Shown here in pieces: positions 56,352-64,000 of a stretch of DNA of 64,000 nucleotides. Numbering within the stretch: position 1 is the first letter of the stretch; each line of letters starts with the position of its first letter. The stretch comes from Candidatus Marinacidobacterales bacterium (GTDB taxonomy: Bacteria; Acidobacteriota; Vicinamibacteria; Marinacidobacterales; DATDRI01): assembly GCA_965219415.1 (NCBI GenBank), contig CBDCNP010000002.1, positions 1,920,001-1,984,000 on the forward strand, written 5' to 3'. Below the pieces are notes generated by a model, which was not told the DNA's origin, did no database searches, and worked only from the letters and a program-made list of their open reading frames with translations. A program made the translations under genes and the position numbers.

Positions 56352-57110
56352 TTGATCCCCACGGTCATTTCTCTGCTCTCCGCCCATTTGGCGATCGGCA
56401 GCTTGCTGATCGCAACCGCACTGGTGATACGACACCGACTTCCCGATCCCTTCCTCCGTTTCTGCACCGCCGGGTCCGCATTTTCTGCGGGGGTGAGCTG
56501 GCTGCTAAATCCGGGCAGCAACCTCACATACGGTGCCGTAGCAGCGACAGCGGTCTTTTGGTATATCTGGGTGCGCCGTTGGGGAGGCGGCTCTCCGATC
56601 CCCGGCGGGGTAGCGGTGGTCGTCGGCTTGGGAGCCCTTGGTACCGAATGCCTCGACAACACAACCGCGAGCTGGCCGCTTTGTTTCGCAGGTTCCGTCA
56701 GTTCGGCGCTCTTGCTCGGGGCGGTCGTGGTGAGCATGGTTCTCGGCCACTGGTACCTCGTAGATACAAAGCTCTCCATCGCTCCACTCAAGCAGGGGGC
56801 TCTCTGGTTCGCCGTTGCCGTGGTCGCGCGTTGGGCAACTGTTAGTACGACTCTTGCCCAGGAAGGATTACAGGTAGTTCAAGTCACCCGAGCCGACGAT
56901 CTGGTTTTCTCGACACTCGGCCTATTCTTCCTCTTCCGGTTCATTTCTGGCCTGATCGCTCCGGCGTTGCTGGCGGGCCTCATTTGGCAAACGGTGAAGA
57001 TGCGCTCGACGCAGTCCGCGACCGGGCTCCTTTATGTCGCGTTCATACTGGTGCTCTTCGGAGAGCTGATCGCACAATTCCTTGCGGTCGCTACCGGTTT
57101 CCCCCTTTGA
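56352..57110 (+). CDS. Polytopic membrane protein of unknown function
   Basis: About 8 TM segments, MVLGHWYL, STQSATGLLY, FGEL. Confidence 0.7.
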   Translation: MIPTVISLLSAHLAIGSLLIATALVIRHRLPDPFLRFCTAGSAFSAGVSWLLNPGSNLTYGAVAATAVFWYIWVRRWGGGSPIPGGVAVVVGLGALGTECLDNTTASWPLCFAGSVSSALLLGAVVVSMVLGHWYLVDTKLSIAPLKQGALWFAVAVVARWATVSTTLAQEGLQVVQVTRADDLVFSTLGLFFLFRFISGLIAPALLAGLIWQTVKMRSTQSATGLLYVAFILVLFGELIAQFLAVATGFPL

Positions 57111-57131
57111 ACTCACCTGAAACGGACAAAG

Positions 57132-57602
57132 ATGACTGACAGACAAGCAGATTCTCTGACGGTGGGCCTGTTTTGCCCTGAGTGCTCTCGGTACAGCGAG
57201 TACACGCTCTTGCCAATGGAGGCCGCCCACGCCTGTCCTTATTGCGGGTATCAGTCAGAACGCAATGCGAGTCCCACACTCCTGGACGGAGGACCCATAG
57301 ATCGATGTCCGCAGTGCGACAATGGGGAATTCTTCCTCAAAAAAGACTTCCCCCAGCAACTTGGGTGTGCGGCGGTGACGCTGACGGTTGTCTTGTCCAC
57401 CCTCGCCTACGCCGTCTGGGGGTTTCTCCCATCTTTGGCGGTGCTGGTGGTCGCCAGTTGCCTCGACTTCTTCCTCTACCATCGGCTCGGAGACGTGACG
57501 GTTTGTTACCGGTGCCATTCAGAGCTTCGTGGGTTTGCCAACAATCCGACGCATGGGCCCTTTGACATGCATCGGGCGGAAGAGTACGACGAGGGAGGGT
57601 AG
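57132..57602 (+). CDS. Multi-CxxC zinc-ribbon membrane protein
   Basis: CPEC, CPYC, CPQC, KDFPQ, two TM helices, CYRC. Confidence 0.75.
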   Translation: MTDRQADSLTVGLFCPECSRYSEYTLLPMEAAHACPYCGYQSERNASPTLLDGGPIDRCPQCDNGEFFLKKDFPQQLGCAAVTLTVVLSTLAYAVWGFLPSLAVLVVASCLDFFLYHRLGDVTVCYRCHSELRGFANNPTHGPFDMHRAEEYDEGG

Positions 57603-57646
57603 AATTCTGGAGCTTCGCGGGGGCGCGGGCTCGCGGCGCGCCAAGC

Positions 57647-58087
57647 CTATTCGGGGTCGATAGAGACCAAGGGGTGGTTGGGGGCCTTCAGCATGTCCGC
57701 CATCGTGACGTTGCCCAGAAAATCCACCGTCTGCTTTTGCGCCATGTTCCAGACGTGTTGCATCTCACAACTATCTAGAATGGAGCAATCGTCATGCTCT
57801 CCATCGACGCATCGGTTGAGCTTCAACGGTCCCTCTACAGCTTCGATGACCTCGAGAAAAGTGATCTCGGCGGGAGTTCTCGCGAGCGCGTAGCCTCCGT
57901 GCGCACCCTGCTGAGACTTCACAACACCTCGATTCGCCAGGATGGGAAGGATCTGAGCGAGGAACGCCTGGGGGATGTCTTTGGCTTTGGCGATCTCGCT
58001 AACGCGACCGTAACGGTCGGAGCTAAGGCGGGCAAGATAGATGACTGCCCGCAACGCATAGTCGCTCTTTCGCGACAGTTCTAGCAT
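57647..58087 (-). CDS. Rrf2-family regulator (IscR-like)
   Basis: DYALRAVIYLA, GAHGGYAL, EAVEG, C-x7-C-x5-C followed by His. Confidence 0.9.
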   Translation of the reverse strand: MLELSRKSDYALRAVIYLARLSSDRYGRVSEIAKAKDIPQAFLAQILPILANRGVVKSQQGAHGGYALARTPAEITFLEVIEAVEGPLKLNRCVDGEHDDCSILDSCEMQHVWNMAQKQTVDFLGNVTMADMLKAPNHPLVSIDPE

Positions 58088-58263
58088 CCCAGTTTTGCCC
58101 GGACCAACCGTACTGAATTCCGCGGTGATTATAGTGCAGCCTGCCGGGTCGTTCAAGCCAGCCTGAAAAAAGGGCCTTTCAGCCCAAAAAACGTACCGCT
58201 CACTGATCGTGCTCCTCCCGGCGCCTTTGACCGTCACTACCAGCGTCGCTAGCATAGCGCCCA

Positions 58264-58914
58264 ATGGATCTCATCATCTTCGATTTGGATGGCACCCTTG
58301 TGGATTCCCGTCAGGACATCGCCACGTCGGTGAACGAGCTATTGACACTCTTGAGGCGACCAGAACTGCCGGCAGAGCGGGTTTTCGCCTTCATTGGAAA
58401 TGGCGTGCGAAGACTCCTCGAACGTTCATTCGGCGGGTCCCCCGCCTCGGAAGAGCTGGATGAAGCTGTTCATCTCTATTTGCAAATCTATGGCCGCCGT
58501 CTGCTCGATACTACGAGCGCCTACCCAGGAGTGCGAGAAGCCCTGGTCGAACTCCAAGCGTTGAAGTCCGCGCCGCGGAAGGCGGTCCTCACGAACAAGC
58601 CGACCAAGGAGAGCCTGGCGTTGCTCGAGGGACTCGACCTCATGCGGTATTTCGACCGAGTACACGGGGGCGAGAGTTTTCCACAACGCAAACCCGATCC
58701 GATGGGAGTCGACGCGATTATCGAAAGCACGGGCTCACGGCGGGAGCGGACCCTCATGGTCGGTGACTCCCTCGTGGACTACGAGACCGCTCGCAATGCC
58801 GGGATCCGTGTGTCGCTGGTGACCTACGGAATCGGCGCCAAGGAGGTCCGGTCTCTTTCTCCAGACTTTTTCATCGACGACATGAGAGAGCTCCTGCCGA
58901 TCGTGGGGCCGTGA
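58264..58914 (+). CDS. Phosphoglycolate phosphatase-like HAD
   Basis: FDLDGTLVDS, LTNKP, RKPDP, MVGDS..D..TARNAG. Confidence 0.88.
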   Translation: MDLIIFDLDGTLVDSRQDIATSVNELLTLLRRPELPAERVFAFIGNGVRRLLERSFGGSPASEELDEAVHLYLQIYGRRLLDTTSAYPGVREALVELQALKSAPRKAVLTNKPTKESLALLEGLDLMRYFDRVHGGESFPQRKPDPMGVDAIIESTGSRRERTLMVGDSLVDYETARNAGIRVSLVTYGIGAKEVRSLSPDFFIDDMRELLPIVGP

Positions 58915-59227
58915 CCCTCACCCGCCGTCTGACCGGCATCTGGCCACCTTGATAGTGGCACCGAGCTGTTTTGATGCCCAGCATGGTTGGCACAACGTAT
59001 TTTGACGGCCATCCAAATGGCTACCCGCTGTTCTAACATCTACCATGAGACCCTGTTTCTCGACGCCCGCAGTCTCACGGGGAGAGGGAGTAGGATCGAA
59101 GCCAGCTTTGAATATGTAAACTTGGGATGCTTACCCTCACTTATTCGCAGTCGCTAACGGATCGAGCCAAGCAGCGTTTGCCTTTCATCACCAAACGCTT
59201 GCCGGAGAGGTCCCTTCGAATCACGAG

Positions 59228-60661
59228 ATGAGCAAGCCACCGAACAAGAAACGGCAACGCTCGAAGACCACCGACCCTGCCGGGGTGGCTTCTATCTTGC
59301 TCATTGATGACCAGCACGAGGTCCGCGAGAGATCTCGGGCGACGTTTCGACGAAATGGGTACGAAACCCACGCCGTCGAGAACGGAGAGCAAGCGTTGGA
59401 GGCTCTCGCGCAGCGCCCGTTCGATTTGGTGGTTACCGAACTTCGACTTCCCGGGATTACCGAACTTCGACTTCCCGGGATGGACAGCGCGGAGATTCTA
59501 CGCACCGTGAAGCGCACCTCGCCAGAAACTGAGGTCGTCATCACCACCGCTTCCGACGCACTCGAAGGTGCCATGGCGGCGGTCAAAGCCGGGGCCTATG
59601 ACTACATCGTTAAACCCCTCCACCCGCCGGCGCTACTCCTGACAGTCCGACGCGCATTGGAGCGCAAGAGCCTTGCACAGAAGGTCCGTGTACTCGAGCG
59701 AGCGATGGAAGGCCGCGCATCTTTCGACGGGCTTATCGGTACCTCGCCGGCAATATCAGAAGTTTTGAAGATGGTCGAGCAAGTAGCTCGCCTGGACTCG
59801 ACCGTTCTGGTCTCCGGCGAGAGCGGTACCGGTAAGGAGCTGGTAGGCCGTGCGCTTCACGCCCTCTCTCCTCGAAAGGACAAACCACTGGTCATCGTCA
59901 ACTGCAACGCCATCCCTGAGGGCTTACGGGAGAGCGAGCTCTTCGGACACGCCAAGGGCGCTTTTACCGGAGCGCATGTCGACAAAAGAGGTCTCCTCGA
60001 GGAGGCCGATGAGGGCACCGCCGTTCTGGACGAGGTCGAGAAGCTGACGCCTGCCGCCCAAATCAAGTTGCTGCGGTTTCTTCAAAATGGCGAGGTTCGG
60101 CGAGTTGGAACCACCGTCAGTCGAAACCTCGACGTCCGTGTCATTGCCTCCACTCACAGTGATTTGGAAAAGTGCGTTGAAGAGCAAACATTTCGAGAGG
60201 ACCTCTATTACCGCCTCAACATCATTCCGTTCCAGCTTCCACCGTTGCGGGAGCGAACCGAGGATATCCCTCTCCTGGCACAGCACTTCGCGAGGGCTTT
60301 TGCAGAAAGACTGAGACATGCCGCGCCTGCCACATCCTCTCGCGCCATGTCGGTTCTCGTTTCCCGCACGTGGGAGGACAATGTTCGCGAGCTTGAGCAA
60401 GTCATCGAAAGAGCCATCGCCCTCGATCGTGACGGGGTCATTGGGCTAGATGATCTACCCTTCGCCGATTCGCCGACGGCATCCGACAAGATCATCGACC
60501 GGGCGAGAAGCAATACCCTTACACTGAGCCAGCTCGAGCGTGAGTACATTTTGAAGGTGCTCGCGGAAAGCGGGGGTAGTCGCAAGAAAACCGCTGAGAA
60601 ACTGGGCATCACAACCGCCACCCTATGGAGAAAGCTCAAGCGTTACGAGAAGGGCGAATGA
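59228..60661 (+). CDS. Sigma54-dependent NtrC-family regulator with atypical receiver
   Basis: GESGTGKE, ESELFGH, GAFTGA, FREDLYYRL, Fis-type HTH. Confidence 0.93.
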   Translation: MSKPPNKKRQRSKTTDPAGVASILLIDDQHEVRERSRATFRRNGYETHAVENGEQALEALAQRPFDLVVTELRLPGITELRLPGMDSAEILRTVKRTSPETEVVITTASDALEGAMAAVKAGAYDYIVKPLHPPALLLTVRRALERKSLAQKVRVLERAMEGRASFDGLIGTSPAISEVLKMVEQVARLDSTVLVSGESGTGKELVGRALHALSPRKDKPLVIVNCNAIPEGLRESELFGHAKGAFTGAHVDKRGLLEEADEGTAVLDEVEKLTPAAQIKLLRFLQNGEVRRVGTTVSRNLDVRVIASTHSDLEKCVEEQTFREDLYYRLNIIPFQLPPLRERTEDIPLLAQHFARAFAERLRHAAPATSSRAMSVLVSRTWEDNVRELEQVIERAIALDRDGVIGLDDLPFADSPTASDKIIDRARSNTLTLSQLEREYILKVLAESGGSRKKTAEKLGITTATLWRKLKRYEKGE

Positions 60662-60737
60662 GCCAGGAAGAAGAAACCATCGGTACCCTCACCCGGCGTC
60701 TGCGGCTGGCCACGCCTAGATGAGGAGACTATCTGTG

Positions 60738-62270
60738 CTAGTCGGGAATCGGGAAGCTCGGATCGAGGGCGCGCACTTGCTCGAACATCTTCTCCGCTCG
60801 TAGGGTCATACCAGCATCCTGGTAGACCTTCCCGAGTGCCACCAAATACTCCGGCTTCCACGGGTCCAACTTGATCGCGATCTTGAGGTTTCGCTCCGCG
60901 TCCTGGCGCCACTTGGGATTCTCTCTTTGAGCCATTCCCAGCAAGTGGTAATACTCTGGTTGATCGCCGATGATCTCGATCGCCTGTTGGCAGAACTGGA
61001 TCGTCATCCAGTAGTCGCACTTCAGGAATGCGTTCTTGGCTTGCGCGAAAAAAGTCTTCCCTTCTTTCGCGTCTCGCACTACTGGGGGGGCACTCTTTTC
61101 CCCCTTGATTGGTTTCCTTTCGCGAGGAGTTTCTTTGGGAGGCGCACTCCATTCCTTGTTTTGCTTTTCGTACTGCTGCTCTTTCTTCGTGAGCTCGTCG
61201 TAACCTTTGGCCTGCTCCTTTCCGGTGAGGGTTTGGTGGGCGTCGTTCAGCCGACAAAAAACGTGCGTGAGCTTCTCCTGAAACTCTCGATCTTGGATGT
61301 GGTGGTAGTTATCGGGATGATAGAGCTTAGTCTTGTCACGAAACGCAGCGTCTATCTTCTCTAGGCTCGCACCCCGCTTGACGCCCAAAGACCGTCCAAT
61401 GATCCTGCTCCTGGTAATGCTCGAAAAGATGCTCGATGACTTTCTTGGCGCTTACTTGCGCATCGTCCACGTTGCCCGCTGACTCTTCCTCTTTTTCAGC
61501 GGGCGACGGGGGCGGAGTCGCGGTGATCTCTGGCTCCCGGATCGACTCCGCGTAACTGATCGATTCGGGGTCCGGCTCGGGAGGTTTGTCCTGGGCCTCG
61601 ACGATGCCCGCCTCCATGAGCCCTAGCAACGTGCGGGCCGTCTCGGTCTCTGAAAGGGGGGCTTACGTTGACGATGCTCTTCGCTGTTTCGTGACCGTCG
61701 ATCCGAGAGGCGATGTAGCCCTTCTCAGGAGTCAGTTGGACTTCCTGGGAACGGAACGCTGGATCCTGCGCAAGCTGGAGCGGTTTCTCGAGGGCGAGTA
61801 ACGCCTTCAAACAAGGGGCGACTTGGGCGGAACGGCGGGTCGCCTCCATGATGACGTCGGCTACGGAGACAGGAGGTTGCCCTACGATCGCATCCGACGC
61901 TCTCCATGTCAGTGAACACCATGCGTGCGGGTGGCCAGAGGAGCAGGTCGCATACAATATCCACCAGCTGAACTCTGACCATTTCGTCGATGTCGCTAGC
62001 TTCGATATAGCCGAGCTTGACGAGAATCTCACCCAGCTTCAACCCACTCTTGATGTGCTTTGCCGCTTCTTCGGATTGCCGCCGGCTGATCTTTCCGCGG
62101 CGAATCATCACCTCACCGAGGCGATCATCCATGAGCGATGAACGGGCCCCAACCAACGAACCCGCCCGCACCATAATGCTACGCTTGGTTTCCTCTCCCT
62201 CTCCGAGAAGGACTCCCGTCCGCTTCTCTAAGTAGAGTTTACGTAGCGCTTCTGCGACCTGGCTATTCAC
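60738..62270 (-). pseudogene. DUF4388-like / DnaJ / TPR protein, several frameshifts
   Basis: RLGEVMIRRGKI, KLGEILVKLG, J-domain YHPD, C-terminal TPR; pieces in different frames. Confidence 0.7.
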
Positions 62271-62521
62271 TTGTTTGCCTCGGTGGAGAATTCCTTACTT
62301 AGATTGTACTAGACAGCGCGAAATTCGGGTTGCCAAAAACAATTGGCCAGGACTGCCGACCTCGAGGACGCCGGACACATTCCGCCGCCAAAAAAGGGCG
62401 TTGCCAGAAACCACACAGGGTGAGCGGCCCATCTATCTCCTTAACCCACAGCAACCTAGCAGATACTCTAATTAGTGATGCCGAGCTTCCTCATCGGCGG
62501 CAAGGGCCTCCGGAGGAAAGT

Positions 62522-62770
62522 ATGACGACCACTCCCAGCTGGATCGGAACGTTTGCCGAGTTGAAAGAACCCGGCCCTCCCGGGTGCGGCCCTGAAGGTA
62601 TCGTGACCTATCCGGAAGGGATCGGCGGTTTCGTCGTCCGAAGCGACGACGACGCCAAGCCTGTCGTTCGCCTTCGCCACTTCTACGGCAAATCCAACCA
62701 CCACTTCGCAGAACACGGTGACGTATTTTTTCAGGTTGAAGATCTCCATCTCGGGGGCGCCACGGTTTGA
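62522..62770 (+). CDS. Small hypothetical protein
   Basis: GGAGG RBS before ATG 62522; 82-aa ORF. Confidence 0.5.
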   Translation: MTTTPSWIGTFAELKEPGPPGCGPEGIVTYPEGIGGFVVRSDDDAKPVVRLRHFYGKSNHHFAEHGDVFFQVEDLHLGGATV

Positions 62771-62810
62771 TGGCTCTCCGAGCCGCCACGTCGCTCCGAC
62801 GGACGACCCA

Positions 62811-64000
62811 ATGATCCGGCGGTTCAAGTCGCGGTTCCAAGATGGGAGCGAAATCTCCGCGGTCCGGGGAACGCGCGCCGAAAAAATTCGTCGTTTCCAA
62901 GCCACCTTCTCTCTCGTCTACTGGATGGTGACGCTGCTCGTACTCGCGTATGCGTTTTCGGTGGCTCGGATCGGCGACCGACCCCTGCTCATCGCGCTGG
63001 CGCTGGTTGCGGCCACAATCAACTTTGTCTTCCCTCACTTCCGGCCTCAGCGCTTGTCGCTTTCTCACGGTACCTTGGCGATGGTCGTCGTCACCTCGGT
63101 CTTCGCCCTGCTGCTCGTCTTTTGGACCGGCCCGCTCGATTCTCCTTTCTTCGCCACTCTCTTGCTCTTGGTTCTCACCGCGTCCCTCGTCCTCAGCCGC
63201 GTGGTAGCCGTCGCCGTCGTCGCCGCAATCTCCTTAGCATTCCTCGGCGTCGTCGGCCTCACGAGCCAGCTGGGCACCCCGTCTTCCCTTCTGACCGCCG
63301 GGGTCAAACTCGCTATGCTCTGGGTGATGGCGTACGTGGGAGGTTTCTTGTCCCAAGAACTCACGCTCAAAGACGGTGAGCTCAGCCTGTGGGAGCTCGA
63401 GCAGCGCGTTCGGGACGCCACTCAAGGGGCGAGAGATGTGTTCGCCGGGACGATCAACGACCTCAAAAACGCGTTGGACGAAGTGCTGGAGCGCGCAAGC
63501 TTTGCCTTACGCATACCCGCCGCTGGAATTTTCCTCGTCGATGAGGAAAAACGGGGCCTGATCTTGACCAGTTACACGGGCCTACCTAGCGATCTCGCGG
63601 AGCTCGTTGCCGTGCAGCGGCTCGCCGAGCCGGGAGCCGGATTGGCAAGTCGAGCCGCCCTGCAGCGTAAGCCCTTCGTTTTGGACGATCTCATCACCGA
63701 CCCCCTCGTGGAGGAGTTTCGAGAGGCGATTCTTCTTTCGGGTTGGCGCTCGACGGCCTGCATACCCATGGTATCCAGGGGAAGAGTCGTCGGGGTCGTT
63801 CAACTCTTCGCCGACGAGATGGAGTTCTTCAACGAGTCCCGCCTAGCCGCATTGGGCGCTCTGACGAACGAGCTTGGGCTGTCGATCGACAACGTCTCGC
63901 TGGCCGAAGAAGAGAAGAAGCGCCGAACCGAGCTCGCCGCGCTTCATGGCGCGGCCAAGACCATGAGCTCGACCCAAACTCCCAATGACGCCGTACATAG
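62811..64000 (+). CDS. Membrane sensor with GAF domain, runs off the window end
   Basis: Open frame from ATG 62811; several TM helices, then GAF (ACIPMVSRGRVVGVVQL, LGLSIDNVSL). Confidence 0.75.
   Translation, partial: MIRRFKSRFQDGSEISAVRGTRAEKIRRFQATFSLVYWMVTLLVLAYAFSVARIGDRPLLIALALVAATINFVFPHFRPQRLSLSHGTLAMVVVTSVFALLLVFWTGPLDSPFFATLLLLVLTASLVLSRVVAVAVVAAISLAFLGVVGLTSQLGTPSSLLTAGVKLAMLWVMAYVGGFLSQELTLKDGELSLWELEQRVRDATQGARDVFAGTINDLKNALDEVLERASFALRIPAAGIFLVDEEKRGLILTSYTGLPSDLAELVAVQRLAEPGAGLASRAALQRKPFVLDDLITDPLVEEFREAILLSGWRSTACIPMVSRGRVVGVVQLFADEMEFFNESRLAALGALTNELGLSIDNVSLAEEEKKRRTELAALHGAAKTMSSTQTPNDAVH

Overview
A GC-rich bacterial chromosomal window. Gene content and order (dnaX-ybaB-recR-mglB-mglA, elb cluster, ccsA-hemACDBL) suggest Acidobacteriota or a related lineage, which is inference. 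Core blocks: dnaX/ybaB/recR/mglBA with tRNA-Asn; a lipid region with CDP-alcohol phosphatidyltransferase, DAG-kinase-like gene, a complete elbBCDE-type ether-lipid cluster and divergent fabH; GHMP kinase-efp-yjjX-tdk; a heme operon; an Fe-S region (nuoI-like, erpA/iscA, Rrf2). Mobile DNA: one IS5, one truncated IS30, one non-autonomous IS1595 derivative with exact IRs, an 8-bp TSD and passenger genes, a vapBC pair and REP/MITE-like repeats. The two strongest candidates for an undescribed system are: (1) two tiny peptide ORFs missed by the ORF track (a ~30-aa 'EELEERTAP' precursor needing one extra base, and MNRGILWV) upstream of a membrane HD-GYP/GAF/GGDEF protein, all nested between the genes of a peptide ABC importer; (2) three adjacent genes sharing a 57-aa N-terminal module, fused to two glycoside-hydrolase-like domains and to a lysine-rich tail. 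Many accessory genes are frameshifted. I cannot tell real decay from sequencing indels. All calls come from motifs read by eye, with no database searches.
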